Notes: generated from the letters alone by a model not told the origin. Shown: positions 1 through 10,349, numbered from the stretch's first letter. The stretch: 64,000 nucleotides of DNA from a marine bacterium B5-7 (GCA_021604705.1 BQJM01000001.1:72887-136886), one strand, 5' to 3'. Program-made: numbers and translations.

Positions 1-636
1 AGAAATGAAATATTGGCACATTTGAAGATGCCTTCGGGTGGTCGTTTTAGTGCGTTGATGCATGATTTGGAAATGTGTGGTTTTATTCGTAAGTATGTGC
101 CCGTTTTTTCAGGTGAATCGAGTAAATTGGTACGATATTGTATTGAAGATGCGTATTTACGTTTCTATTACAATTTTATTAAACCCATTGCTGGAGAGAT
201 AACGCGCGGGAAGTACAACAAAATACCCGTAACGGCGATAAACCAAAGCGCCTATCAGAAGTGGCTAGGTTTTGCTTTTGAAAGGTTTTGCCGGCGTTAT
301 ACAGATGTTATTGCCGATATACTAAAATTTTCTGCAGTGCAGTATCAGTCTGGCGCATATTACAACCGTTCGACATCACAGCAGGATTCGGGTTTTCAAA
401 TTGATTTATTGTATGACCGTGCCGATAACGTCTTGACCGTGTGTGAAATTAAATATTTAACAGGAAAGGTGCCGAAGAAGGTGATTAATGATTTTGAGAT
501 GAAATTAGCACATCTCAAAACAAAAAAAGAAAAAACCATACACAAAGTGTTGATCACTGCTGAGGGCGCAGAGCAGAGTGTCATTGAACAAGGGTATTTT
601 GATAGAATCCTTACTTTAGACGACTTCTTTTCTTAG
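1..636 (+). CDS. AAA family ATPase, C-terminal part (gene runs off the 5' window edge); paralog of 16002..17444
   Basis: Frame is open to base 1. The C-terminal ~200 aa align with the C-terminus of the 480-aa ATPase at 16002..17444 (LCGxxRKYxPVFSG..AYxRFYYxFI..VCEIKYL..IHKVLIT) at roughly 70% nucleotide identity. Confidence 0.7.
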   Translation, partial: RNEILAHLKMPSGGRFSALMHDLEMCGFIRKYVPVFSGESSKLVRYCIEDAYLRFYYNFIKPIAGEITRGKYNKIPVTAINQSAYQKWLGFAFERFCRRYTDVIADILKFSAVQYQSGAYYNRSTSQQDSGFQIDLLYDRADNVLTVCEIKYLTGKVPKKVINDFEMKLAHLKTKKEKTIHKVLITAEGAEQSVIEQGYFDRILTLDDFFS

Positions 637-736
637 CGTAGACCTTAAGTTGATGGCTTACATTTTTGGGTTTGATCTAAGCGGTTGCGGAGCAATACTG
701 CTTTTTCAGCTACGGCGATTCGACGTGGGGGCTCGG

Positions 737-1618
737 TTAAGTCGGTGATACACACGCTAAAAAATTAGAACATAGTTGTGATTGGTACTTGTCTTGATGG
801 GTCAGCTGATAAAAATGTCGCTTGAGTGTTAATTCGTCAACTTGGAGTTGGCAGATTTCTTTGGGATTTATTTTGCTATTCAACATTGTATGAGACAGGT
901 AAGCTAAACAATCACTGTTGGCAACATAATTTAAAATCGCTGATGAACTGTTTAATGTGATATCGACAGATAGTTCTTGATGTAGTGTTGTTGCACGTTC
1001 AAAGACTTCACGTGTGCCAGAGCCAGGTTCGCGTACTACCCATGAATATGCGAGCAAATCTTTCTTTTTAACCATTTTTTTCTTGCTGAGTGGATGGTTT
1101 CGACGACAAATAATCGCAAGAGAATCATCTTTCCAAATAGCCTGGTTAATAACAGATTCTTGGCAAACACCTTCAATAAAACCAATGTCGCATTGTAACG
1201 TTTTTACTTGATTAACAATCTCTTCTGTATTACCAATAACAAGGTTGAATGAAACATCAGGATAATTTTTTTTGAATCCAGCAAGATAAATGGGTAAAAC
1301 ATAATTGGCAATAGTCGTACTTGCCGCAATATTTAAGGTGCCGTTTAGTGGGAGACCGTCTGAAGAAAGTAATGACTCACATTCGCGCGCTTGATCTAAA
1401 AGGTTAATGGCTTTTGGCAATAGTGTGTGTCCATTAGCATTAAGCTGTAAGCGTTTACCGATACGATCAAACAGTGGAACACCTAAGTGCTGTTCGAGCT
1501 GCAATAAGGACATACTGGCTGCGGCTTGTGTGATGTGACAAGCCTCCGCACCGCGCGTTAGAGAATTCGCTTGCGCTGTTTTGACAAAGACTTGTAGCTG
1601 TTTGAGTGTGATGCGCAT
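737..1618 (-). CDS. LysR-family transcriptional regulator
   Basis: N-terminal HTH (LKQLQVFVKTAQANSLTRGAEACHITQAAASMSLLQLEQHLGVPLFDR) and ~290 aa length. Divergent to the oxidoreductase gene. Confidence 0.85.
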   Translation of the reverse strand: MRITLKQLQVFVKTAQANSLTRGAEACHITQAAASMSLLQLEQHLGVPLFDRIGKRLQLNANGHTLLPKAINLLDQARECESLLSSDGLPLNGTLNIAASTTIANYVLPIYLAGFKKNYPDVSFNLVIGNTEEIVNQVKTLQCDIGFIEGVCQESVINQAIWKDDSLAIICRRNHPLSKKKMVKKKDLLAYSWVVREPGSGTREVFERATTLHQELSVDITLNSSSAILNYVANSDCLAYLSHTMLNSKINPKEICQLQVDELTLKRHFYQLTHQDKYQSQLCSNFLACVSPT

Positions 1619-1727
1619 GGCCCCTCTGTATATAAGATTTGCTAATGCATTATATCAACATTATTAGTTTTACTTAAGCTACTTTGTCTGATAATCTGTT
1701 TATATGTTAAACAACCTCAGGGAGTAG

Positions 1728-2780
1728 ATGAAAATGATGAATAATACTAATCATACTTGGGCTGTCGTGGGTGCTGGACCTGCGGGGCTGGCCAGCGTCG
1801 GATTGTTATTAGATGCGGGCGTGACAGCAAAAGATATTTTGTGGATTGACCCTTATTTCCAAGTCGGCGATTTTGGTCGCTTGTGGGGTGAGGTGAGCAG
1901 CAATACATCCGTTGCACTATTCTTAGAATTTTTAACAAAGATACAGGCGTTTAAGTATGAGCAACATCCTGAAAATTTTGCATTAGATAATTTGCCCAAA
2001 GAAGGATTTACACAATTAAAAGAAGTGGCTGAACCCTTGCAGTGGGTCACTGATCATCTTCGGGAAAAAGTCACTGCAGTGACGGGACTTGTTGATACGC
2101 AGCTTGCAAGAAAGGGTGCGTGGGAGTTAACGGTTGCTGGCGAAGTTTATCGTGCAGAGAAAGTGATATTGGCAACCGGTGGTTCACCTAGGTCTTTACC
2201 CTTTGACGTCGAAGAAGAAATTGCACTGTCTGATGCATTAACGCCTGAAAAATTATCAGGGATGGTGCAGGAAAAAGATAAGGTAGCTGTCTTTGGTTCT
2301 TCGCACTCAGCGATGATTATTATTAAAAATTTGCTGGATGCCGGCGCGAGTCAAGTGGTTAATTTTTATTTGCAGCCGATTCGTTACGCAGTGCCTATGG
2401 ATGGTTGGACTTTGTATGATAATACAGGTTTAAAAGGCAAAACAGCCGCGTGGGTGCGAGAAAACTTATCCGCAAAAACGCATCCTAAGGTGCAGCGACT
2501 TATCTCGAATAAAGAAAATATGGATGCGCAATTGTCCTCTTGTAATAAAGTGGTCTATGCAACGGGGTTTAGTCAACGTGCACCACATTGCGAAGAGATT
2601 GATTTCCAAAAATACGATACCAGTTGTGGGATCATTGCACCGGGATTATTTGGCACAGGGATAGGTTTTCCTAAGAAGGTGACCGATCCGAATGGCAACC
2701 AGGAATTAAATGTGGGTTTATGGAAGTTTATGAATGACATTCGCCATGCATTGCCTATTTGGATGCAATATGGACTTTGA
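1728..2780 (+). CDS. FAD/NAD(P)-binding oxidoreductase (pyridine nucleotide-disulfide oxidoreductase-like)
   Basis: N-terminal Rossmann motif VVGAGPAGL. Divergently arranged with the LysR regulator. Confidence 0.6.
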   Translation: MKMMNNTNHTWAVVGAGPAGLASVGLLLDAGVTAKDILWIDPYFQVGDFGRLWGEVSSNTSVALFLEFLTKIQAFKYEQHPENFALDNLPKEGFTQLKEVAEPLQWVTDHLREKVTAVTGLVDTQLARKGAWELTVAGEVYRAEKVILATGGSPRSLPFDVEEEIALSDALTPEKLSGMVQEKDKVAVFGSSHSAMIIIKNLLDAGASQVVNFYLQPIRYAVPMDGWTLYDNTGLKGKTAAWVRENLSAKTHPKVQRLISNKENMDAQLSSCNKVVYATGFSQRAPHCEEIDFQKYDTSCGIIAPGLFGTGIGFPKKVTDPNGNQELNVGLWKFMNDIRHALPIWMQYGL

Positions 2781-2791
2781 GGTGGGTATGC

Positions 2792-3742
2792 CTAATGGTT
2801 CTGGCGCCGTAGTTGCAGAACCTCAGCCACTTTAAACCCCGTGGCAGGATTGCGTTGGATAAACACGATTAAATCCACGGCTTGCTCGACAACAGAAATA
2901 GGTGCTGCGGGTAAAACTTCTTGGACTAAGTGATGTAAACGCAACAAGGTATCCTGTGCGCTATTAGCATGCACCGTGCAGATGCCGCCGGGATGACCCA
3001 TGTTCCACGCTTTTAACATCGCTAAGGCTGCACCATCGCGAACCTCTCCAATCACGATACGATCGGGGCGCATGCGTAAAGCACCTTTGACTAAGTCATG
3101 CATGGACTTGTTGGGAGAAGTGCATAATTTCACATGGTCAACAGCGGCAACTTGTAACTCAGGGACATCTTCAATCACGAGAATGCGTTCTTGCGTTTCT
3201 GTTAATTCAGCGAGCAGGGCATTGGTGAATGTGGTTTTACCTGAGCCCGTTCCACCAGCTACAATAATGTTTTGTTTATTCTGTATCGCGGTTTTTAATT
3301 GCTGGGATTGTTCGGCTGTCATTTGATTTGCACTGACATAATTGTCTAGAGAAAAAATTTGGCTGGCGGGTTTTCTTAGGGTAAAACAGGCTTCGCTCAC
3401 CACGGGGGGGAGCCAACCTTGAAAACGAATACCTATGTTCGGGATTTCACAGGCGAGCTCCGGATTGTTGGCATCAACGATCATGTGATGATGAGATGCT
3501 AGCAGTTTAATAATGTTTTCACGCTGCACGGTAGAAAGAATCACGGTTAGAGATTTTTTTCCGCGGGATAAATATTCTACCCAGACTTTTCCATCAGGGT
3601 TAACCAATACTTCCACGACGAGGGATTCTTGTAGTTCACGTGTGATGGCTTCCCCTAGGGCATGCTGCAGCAATGCTTGGAAACGATCTTGGCTACCGCC
3701 GTCACCCCGGGCTTGACCCGGGGTCTCCTTGCTATTCCCCAT
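2792..3742 (-). CDS. virB11: T4SS ATPase VirB11/TrbB
   Basis: Walker A GGTGSGKTT and the VirB11/CpaF architecture. It is the last gene of the virB operon. The N-terminal 15 codons are encoded by a REP element (3701..3728). Confidence 0.9.
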   Translation of the reverse strand: MGNSKETPGQARGDGGSQDRFQALLQHALGEAITRELQESLVVEVLVNPDGKVWVEYLSRGKKSLTVILSTVQRENIIKLLASHHHMIVDANNPELACEIPNIGIRFQGWLPPVVSEACFTLRKPASQIFSLDNYVSANQMTAEQSQQLKTAIQNKQNIIVAGGTGSGKTTFTNALLAELTETQERILVIEDVPELQVAAVDHVKLCTSPNKSMHDLVKGALRMRPDRIVIGEVRDGAALAMLKAWNMGHPGGICTVHANSAQDTLLRLHHLVQEVLPAAPISVVEQAVDLIVFIQRNPATGFKVAEVLQLRRQNH

Positions 3743-4820
3743 GACCTTTTCCCTGCTGCTTCATCTGCTTAAACGCATCACGAACCTGCGCTAGCGTTTT
3801 ATCTGATACACTTTTTAGGGTGTTGCGATCACGCTTCGATAAACCCGTATTAGCTTGTGATGTTTTCACCTGTACGGTGCTAGCTGCCGCTTGTGTTGCA
3901 TGGGCTGACAAGTGCGTGGCTTGTTGTACGGCCTGAGTTGCTTGTGCAACGGATGTAGGGGCTGCATGCATCGTGCTTGTCATGGCTTGTGCCGATGTTG
4001 TTGTGTTCACCACGGTAGTCGTACCAGAATCGGTTGCTGCGCCGGGGATCACCATTGTTCCTAAAAGATTACCCGCTAATTTCGGTAATTGATGTAATAA
4101 ATAAGCCAAAGCGAGGCTTGCAAGAAAAACACCCATCGCGAAATTAAAGGGATAAGGTGCAGCTAAACTAGGAATACGCAAATGCATCCATAGCCCGTAG
4201 GCTAAACCCCAAACAATCAGCATGGTGGCTAAACGGATCCCCATACTCAGTAAACTCTGAAATATCTGTGTCGACCAATGTTTAAAATGATGCAGCATAC
4301 TGAAAGGTAGTAATAACAAGCCAAACAAGCCTACCAAGTAAAAAGCCGCGTACTGCAAAACAATATTCAAAATCATCCAGCCGATGCTAAACAGCGTGCC
4401 AAAACCAATAATTAAATTAATGGCAGGGATTTTCAGTTGCGAAGCGCTGGTTTGCAGCGATTGGAAAACATGCGTGCTAAACATATACGCTAAGTCCCAT
4501 AGTTTCATGAGATGATGCGCACTGTCGGGTTGTTGATGTACATCTTGGCTGACTTGTAAGAAGCTAGCGAGTATCCAGTGTAAACCATCATTTAAATGAA
4601 AAATAACAAAGAACAAAAAGCTGAGTTTCATCACATCCAACAATAATTTTCGCCATTGCGGCTCTTGTTGAATAGCCCACAGTAAACCAAATAAGGCGAA
4701 TTCCATGCCGGAGAAAATATACAGTAAATGTAATGCGTATTGTGTTACGTGGCCGTAGCCATGCCTAATATGGTCGACAAGTTGTGTTTGTAATGTTTGT
4801 AAAATATTGGCATCTATCAT
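3732..4820 (-). CDS. virB6: T4SS inner-membrane protein VirB6/TrbL-like with a Ser/Thr/Ala/Gln-rich C-terminal tail
   Basis: About 250 aa of polytopic hydrophobic segments followed by a low-complexity hydrophilic tail. Sits between virB10 and virB11. The 4-nt ATGA overlap with virB10 suggests translational coupling. Confidence 0.6.
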   Translation of the reverse strand: MIDANILQTLQTQLVDHIRHGYGHVTQYALHLLYIFSGMEFALFGLLWAIQQEPQWRKLLLDVMKLSFLFFVIFHLNDGLHWILASFLQVSQDVHQQPDSAHHLMKLWDLAYMFSTHVFQSLQTSASQLKIPAINLIIGFGTLFSIGWMILNIVLQYAAFYLVGLFGLLLLPFSMLHHFKHWSTQIFQSLLSMGIRLATMLIVWGLAYGLWMHLRIPSLAAPYPFNFAMGVFLASLALAYLLHQLPKLAGNLLGTMVIPGAATDSGTTTVVNTTTSAQAMTSTMHAAPTSVAQATQAVQQATHLSAHATQAAASTVQVKTSQANTGLSKRDRNTLKSVSDKTLAQVRDAFKQMKQQGKGHGE

Positions 4821-6028
4821 GCGGATGCCAAAGCGTTAAGGTAAGGGGTGAGTACCATATCCTTATTGACGATGATGTTGAACGCATACCCAGCAGGAAT
4901 GACCAAGGTGGGTTGAATATTGATCGCACGATCAGTGAGTTGTTGTCCGACTTGCGATACGTTGCTTGCGACACCGATTGCTGCACCTTGGCCACTGCTG
5001 CGATAAAAATTGTTGTCATTACCATAGCTGTTGTCAGAAACAGCGCCGGTTCCTAAACTGAGTACAGAAGATAATACCGCAGCACCCATCACGCGCCCCC
5101 AGTGATTGTTCACACTACCTTGCATACCAGATTGACCGAACAGATCTGTTCCTTGTGCATTACTCAGTAGAATGGATTCACCATTTGGCATGATGATGCG
5201 TTTAAAGACGATAAGTACACGGGTTTGGCCATAAGCGACTTGCGAGTCGTATTGGCCGACTAAGCGAGAACCTTTAGGAATCAGCAGCGTATTGCCAGTG
5301 ACCGTATCGTATAAATCTTCATTTACTTGCGACACAATTTCGCCCGGTAAAGAGGTGTTCACCGCGGTGATGAGAATAGCGGGGATGATAGTGCCTGCTT
5401 GAATTTCATCAGGTGAGAGCGGTGTTTCTAAATGGTGTGTGTTATAAATATTTTTGGTATCTTCATCGTCACTTTCTTGCAAGAAGGCCAGTTTTTGTTT
5501 TTGCATGTTTTGTTGTACGTAGCGATTAACCCGCGTGTGTTTACTATGCTTGCCTTCATCGCTTGCTTTGTCTTTTTTGTCACTGGCGGCTGCGGTATTA
5601 GACGTTTTAATTTTCTTGCTAGGTGGCTGAATACCTGGGAAAAACATGACGCTGGTCGCCGCTTGTTTATCTGCTTGGCTGTGCACAGGTTGATGCTGCA
5701 ATTTTTCCTGCAAGGCAGCCAATTGTTTAGCAAGCGCAGCTTGTTGCGCACGCATCGCGCGCATGGCAGCACTATCGCCTGAGGGTTGCGGCGAGATATG
5801 TTGATAATCATTCGGCAGTTGTTCAATGACCGCAGATTTTTCAGGGGTGTTGTTATCATGCCATGCATTTTTCGTATGTGAATGATGAGATGGTGCCCGG
5901 AAGGCCGTAATTAGAACGACAGAAAAAACTAAAGCGGCCAGCCCAACTAAGAGAACGATAACCGTTTTGTTGATATGAGTAGGTTTGGGCGTAGGCGGCT
6001 TAATGTGAAAAGCTTCCTTGTCGCTCAT
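4817..6028 (-). CDS. virB10: T4SS protein VirB10/TrbI
   Basis: N-terminal TM segment, Pro/Gln-rich linker and a C-terminal TrbI/VirB10 domain (TIIPAILITAVNTSLPG...NTLLIPKGSRLVGQY). Confidence 0.9.
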   Translation of the reverse strand: MSDKEAFHIKPPTPKPTHINKTVIVLLVGLAALVFSVVLITAFRAPSHHSHTKNAWHDNNTPEKSAVIEQLPNDYQHISPQPSGDSAAMRAMRAQQAALAKQLAALQEKLQHQPVHSQADKQAATSVMFFPGIQPPSKKIKTSNTAAASDKKDKASDEGKHSKHTRVNRYVQQNMQKQKLAFLQESDDEDTKNIYNTHHLETPLSPDEIQAGTIIPAILITAVNTSLPGEIVSQVNEDLYDTVTGNTLLIPKGSRLVGQYDSQVAYGQTRVLIVFKRIIMPNGESILLSNAQGTDLFGQSGMQGSVNNHWGRVMGAAVLSSVLSLGTGAVSDNSYGNDNNFYRSSGQGAAIGVASNVSQVGQQLTDRAINIQPTLVIPAGYAFNIIVNKDMVLTPYLNALASA

Positions 6029-7023
6029 GATGTGCGTCTCGTAATTAACACGATGGTTGGATCGGATTGTCCCATGCGTAATTGTGCATGGCTGATTAAA
6101 CGATCGACTACATAAAAGTTGCCTTGCACGCGATAATTCGTGATCACCGGTTGATCGGCATTACCAACAAACAACACGGGTGCTTGTTGTAAATTGGCAG
6201 GGAATTGAATATAGGTTTTATGCCCATCAGAAAACACACCCGTTGGCATCCATGCGGGCGTTTCACCTTCATGGGCGACGGTGACATCGTAATGAAAATT
6301 TAAATGATTCACATCGATAGACGCTTGTTGGAAAAGCGGTTTTGTTGGTTGCGCATAATGTTTCACAAAATCCTGCGTATCGGCATAACGCCACCGAACG
6401 ATAGCCACGTATGTGTCATTCGTGGAGAGCAGTTGTAAATGGTAAGTACGACGATTAGTGGTGACCACAAGACTATTGTGAATAGCGGATTGTGTGGGCT
6501 TCACCAACAAATGCTGTTGCATACTGCTGCCAGCACCGCTAAAGGTTTTAGACACTTGCCAGCGCAGGGTATCACCTGCAGCCACTGAAGTGACGCGTTC
6601 ACCCGTTTGTAATTGAATGTCCGTGACATCCATGGGCGCACAATAAATTTTGAATAAAGAGCCTGGCACATAATCAAAGGTCATGATGGCATCTTGAAAA
6701 TGTTGTGTGTCGGGTTGCTGCTGTGCTTTTTTGTTGGCAGCTTGTACGGCTTGTTGGCCGACGACAGTAGATGTTGTTTTAGGTTTTGGCACACTCACCA
6801 TGTGTTCTGGCGTGACGCTTTGTATGCTGGGTTTTGGCAGGGTAGCCGGATTGATGGTTTGCACAACGGGTGCATTGACGGCGACGGCTGGCGCGTAAGC
6901 AACATCATCGCTTGATGATGCCATCGGCTCATGCATGCAAGCCGTTAAGCTCAACGCGAAGCAGCAGAGAATGAGTTTGTTATGTTGCATGATTATCGTT
7001 CCGCGTTGAAAAATGGAAGTCAC
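6025..7023 (-). CDS. virB9: T4SS protein VirB9/TrbG; predicted lipoprotein with a Pro/Ala-rich N-terminal extension
   Basis: VirB9/CagX domain in the C-terminal 220 aa. Signal peptide with lipobox LTAC (MQHNKLILCCFALSLTAC), so the true start may be the internal Met near 6990. A ~100 aa low-complexity linker lies between them. Confidence 0.85.
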   Translation of the reverse strand: MTSIFQRGTIIMQHNKLILCCFALSLTACMHEPMASSSDDVAYAPAVAVNAPVVQTINPATLPKPSIQSVTPEHMVSVPKPKTTSTVVGQQAVQAANKKAQQQPDTQHFQDAIMTFDYVPGSLFKIYCAPMDVTDIQLQTGERVTSVAAGDTLRWQVSKTFSGAGSSMQQHLLVKPTQSAIHNSLVVTTNRRTYHLQLLSTNDTYVAIVRWRYADTQDFVKHYAQPTKPLFQQASIDVNHLNFHYDVTVAHEGETPAWMPTGVFSDGHKTYIQFPANLQQAPVLFVGNADQPVITNYRVQGNFYVVDRLISHAQLRMGQSDPTIVLITRRTS

Positions 7024-7714
7024 TAATAAATAAACCCAATGGGTTTTTCATAATTTGTGCTTGAGAACCTGGTGTCGAGAAATGTAGCGTAAATACGCCA
7101 TTATAATCGACTGTGCTGACGTGCTTGTTGTTTAAATCGGTGGAGGTTTCTTGCCAGTCGATAGAATAAGTATGATCACTAATCGGATTGATATCTTGAA
7201 CTTTTACAACAACCGTTTTCTGGCCCAGTAATTTTTGTGGCGCAGACTTTCTCATATCTTCATTGAATAAGTGTGATCCGTGTTGCGTGAGGAAACTATA
7301 GGCGCGTAACCAGTTTTGTTTGGCCACAACGGGATCTAATGGTAAGGCACGCATGTCTTGTACAAACTGTCCGAGGAAATAAGTGATCTGTGCTTGATTT
7401 GGTGTGTAGTGGCGTTGCAGTGGTGCGACATTCACAACGCGACCGGCATGTGAAATTTCTGCGACGAATACTTTTAATTTACTGGTAGAGAGTTGCCAGC
7501 ACAATAAAGCGAGACTCGCGGCCGCCAATAGTAAGGATGCCAACGCGACAAGCCGCCAATTACGCGCTTGGACTTGTGCATGTCCAATACGCGTATCCCA
7601 GGTTTGTTGGGCGCGTTGATACGGGGTATCGCTTGCATCGCTAGGATAGGTTGGGATGTTTTCTTGAAAGGGTTTTTCGCTCATGCTTACTCTACTATTG
7701 ATTCCCATACCCAA
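6980..7714 (-). CDS. virB8: T4SS protein VirB8/TrbF
   Basis: Cytoplasmic N-terminus, one TM segment, periplasmic domain with the conserved NPLG motif near the C-terminus. Overlaps the virB4 stop. Confidence 0.8.
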   Translation of the reverse strand: MGMGINSRVSMSEKPFQENIPTYPSDASDTPYQRAQQTWDTRIGHAQVQARNWRLVALASLLLAAASLALLCWQLSTSKLKVFVAEISHAGRVVNVAPLQRHYTPNQAQITYFLGQFVQDMRALPLDPVVAKQNWLRAYSFLTQHGSHLFNEDMRKSAPQKLLGQKTVVVKVQDINPISDHTYSIDWQETSTDLNNKHVSTVDYNGVFTLHFSTPGSQAQIMKNPLGLFISDFHFSTRNDNHAT

Positions 7715-10173
7715 GCCAAGTCTTGTTGCGTTAAATAACGTTGCAAGAATTGTTGATAATCGTCTTGCTCATGCGCGGCTCTGACTGCGTGTTGGGCAGT
7801 TTTACTCGTGGCAGCGCAAAAAGCTTGGGCAACGACCCCCAATTCTACATCAAATAGTCGATTACCCAATCGGGACTGATAATAATATTGGCGTTTTGGG
7901 GTGGCATGGGCGAGATTGTTTAACTCACGTTCATTTAAGCCAAGTTCTGCGTAATGGGCTCGGACAGCGGGTTCTAAAGTGCGGTCGTTAGGTAAGAAAA
8001 TTCTCGCTGGGCAAGCTTCAAGTAGGGTGGATGCCAGTGAGCTTTCCAGTGCATCATCGACTGATTGTGTGGCGAAGACGACGCTGACATTGTGTTTCCG
8101 TAAAGTTTTCAACCACTCTCGGATTTTATCCGCGAAAATAGGATGGTCGAGAAATAGCCAGGCCTCATCTAGCACCAGTAAGGTTGGTTCGCCCGTTAAT
8201 TGTTTTTCCACCCGATGAAATAAGTAACTCAACGTCGGCGCGACGATGTTGGGTGTTTGCATCAGTGTTTCCATTTCAAAACATTGCCAATGGTTATCGA
8301 CGGTGGTCTCGTGATCGGCATCAAACAAATACCCATAGGCACCGGATAAAGTATAAGCCTGCAATGCTTGGCGCAATGCTTGGTGTTGTAATAGCGCGAC
8401 CAAACCGGTTAGCGTGCGCTGTGTTGCGGGCATTGCCGTGAGGGCTTGTAGCGCTTCCCAAATAGCTTGTTTTTCTTTTGGGGTGATAGTGATATTTTCG
8501 TGGGCGATTAAACCGAGCAACCATTCTTGTGCCCACAAACACGTGCTTTTATCGTCGATGTGACGTAAAGGTTGAAAGGCCATGGGGGTATCATCAGTTT
8601 TTCCTAATTCAAAATGTGCGCCATTAACGCCCCAAGTACTTGCAAGAAAACTGCCACCTTTATCAAAAATAAAAATATTGGCATTGGTGTAACGTCTAAA
8701 CTGCATGGCCATTAAAGTAAGTAAGACTGATTTTCCGGCGCCAGTTGGTCCCACAATAAAAGTATGACCGACATCACCGATGTGGTTCACTAAACGAAAC
8801 GGCGTGCGACCTTCAGAGTGCACCGTCATTAAAGGCGGTGCTTGTAAATGATCATCACGTTTAGGACCAGACCACACGGCGGACAATGGCATTAAGTGGG
8901 CGAGATTTAAGGTGTTTAATAGAGGTTTTCGCACATTCGCATAGGCTTGCCCCGGCAATGAGGATAACCAGGCTTCAACGGCATTATAGGTCTCAATAAT
9001 TGTTGTAAAGCCTAAACCATTAATTACGCGCTCGAGTAATTGTAATTGTGTATCAACTTCTGCTTGCGATTTTCCGCGGACAGTAATCGTTGTCGTGTAA
9101 TAACCAAAGGTGACTTGATCGTCGGCCAGTTCTTGTAAGGCCTCATCAACATCACGAGATTTTTGTATCGCTGAAGAATCGGTGAGTTGTGATTCTGTTT
9201 TGGTGAAAACTTCTTGTAACAACTGCAACATGCCTTTACGTTTCGCGAACCAACGTTGGCGATAACGCTTAAGCGTTTTCTCTGCATCGATTTTATCAAG
9301 GGGCATAAATCGTGTGACCCAGCGATAACGCATGGGCAAGTGATTGAGTTGATCAAGCAAGGCTGGCAAGGTGCTGGATGGAAAACTTAATACGGATAAA
9401 ACCCCTAAATGTTCTTCACCAAGTTTCGGTGCAAGACCTGCTAGCAAAGGCGTATCGGCTAAAAATGCATCGAGATACATCGGGTTTTCCGGTGTTTTGA
9501 CCGGATGATTCTTGCAAGAGATCGCTTGATGCAAGTAAGTCAGTGTTTCATCATCGCTGAGTGCCTCAGCTTCGTAACAAACATCTTGTAACAAATGTAA
9601 GATGCGTGTCACCGTGGCAGTAAAGTAATCGCGGACCTCATGTGAGTCTTCTTTTGTGTCGTCATCTGTTTTAGTAATAAACCAGCGTGACATTTTTTTA
9701 TGTGATTGCGAAGGAGGTAAGTATTGCAGCGTAATATAATAATCACTTTCAAACGAAGCATCCGCTTGCATGAAGCTTTCATTGCGTTCTGCATCAATTA
9801 GCCAGCTGATGGGATCAGGAAAGGCACTGTCATTTTTGCTGAAGGTGTAGGGGCGACGATTGGCTTCAATGTAAATAGCCCAGCCCGATCCTAAACGTTT
9901 TAATGCATTGTTGAGGCGTGCGCTTACTGTCACTAATTGTGTGTCGGTTGCAGAAGCAAGATCAGGACCACGGAAACGCAAAGTTTGTTGTAAGGACCCA
10001 TCCTTATTAAGGATAACGCCAGGCGCAATCAATGCAGCCCATGGTAGTAAATCGGCTAATTGGTCGGGGTGTTTTTTGTATTCCGTTAAATTAAACATGA
10101 TAAAACTTTTTCTTGCGTAGGCAGCGAATAAACACTTCAAAGAAATCGGGATCCCGTTTGGCAAGGATGACAC
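7687..10173 (-). CDS. virB4: T4SS ATPase VirB4/TrbE
   Basis: 828 aa with Walker A GPTGAGKS and a CagE/TrbE/VirB4 layout. Confidence 0.95.
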   Translation of the reverse strand: MSSLPNGIPISLKCLFAAYARKSFIMFNLTEYKKHPDQLADLLPWAALIAPGVILNKDGSLQQTLRFRGPDLASATDTQLVTVSARLNNALKRLGSGWAIYIEANRRPYTFSKNDSAFPDPISWLIDAERNESFMQADASFESDYYITLQYLPPSQSHKKMSRWFITKTDDDTKEDSHEVRDYFTATVTRILHLLQDVCYEAEALSDDETLTYLHQAISCKNHPVKTPENPMYLDAFLADTPLLAGLAPKLGEEHLGVLSVLSFPSSTLPALLDQLNHLPMRYRWVTRFMPLDKIDAEKTLKRYRQRWFAKRKGMLQLLQEVFTKTESQLTDSSAIQKSRDVDEALQELADDQVTFGYYTTTITVRGKSQAEVDTQLQLLERVINGLGFTTIIETYNAVEAWLSSLPGQAYANVRKPLLNTLNLAHLMPLSAVWSGPKRDDHLQAPPLMTVHSEGRTPFRLVNHIGDVGHTFIVGPTGAGKSVLLTLMAMQFRRYTNANIFIFDKGGSFLASTWGVNGAHFELGKTDDTPMAFQPLRHIDDKSTCLWAQEWLLGLIAHENITITPKEKQAIWEALQALTAMPATQRTLTGLVALLQHQALRQALQAYTLSGAYGYLFDADHETTVDNHWQCFEMETLMQTPNIVAPTLSYLFHRVEKQLTGEPTLLVLDEAWLFLDHPIFADKIREWLKTLRKHNVSVVFATQSVDDALESSLASTLLEACPARIFLPNDRTLEPAVRAHYAELGLNERELNNLAHATPKRQYYYQSRLGNRLFDVELGVVAQAFCAATSKTAQHAVRAAHEQDDYQQFLQRYLTQQDLAWVWESIVE

Positions 10174-10345
10174 CGATAAAGTGCGTCACAATAAAAAGGG
10201 GGAGGGTGTAGTAAGCATGTAAGCCTAATACAATGGCCGCGCCCAGTGTGGCATTGAGTATGGCAAACAAACGCGGCGCACCCGCAACCAAAAGTGGTGC
10301 GATGAGCGCAGTGTGTAATGGAATACGAAAGCCAGGGATCTGCAT
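10091..10345 (-). CDS. virB3: T4SS protein VirB3/TrbD
   Basis: 84 aa, two hydrophobic helices. Located between the pilin gene and virB4, overlapping the virB4 start. Confidence 0.7.
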   Translation of the reverse strand: MQIPGFRIPLHTALIAPLLVAGAPRLFAILNATLGAAIVLGLHAYYTLPLFIVTHFIGVILAKRDPDFFEVFIRCLRKKKFYHV

Positions 10346-10349
10346 GGTC

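Noticed and set aside
1619-1727. LysR-type T-N11-A binding box in the LysR/oxidoreductase divergent intergenic region
   Set aside because: The region is AT-rich with several possible T-N11-A matches and none stands out, so I could not call it by eye.
4765-5056. Small ORFs 4765..5025 (-) and 4784..5056 (+) at the virB6/virB10 junction
   Set aside because: They lie entirely inside or antisense to the strongly supported virB10 and virB6 reading frames and have no features of their own, so they are likely spurious. The same applies to 5428..5868, 5432..5782, 6694..6915, 6707..6898, 7979..8218, 8184..8542, 9024..9356 and 9609..9797 within virB4 and virB9.
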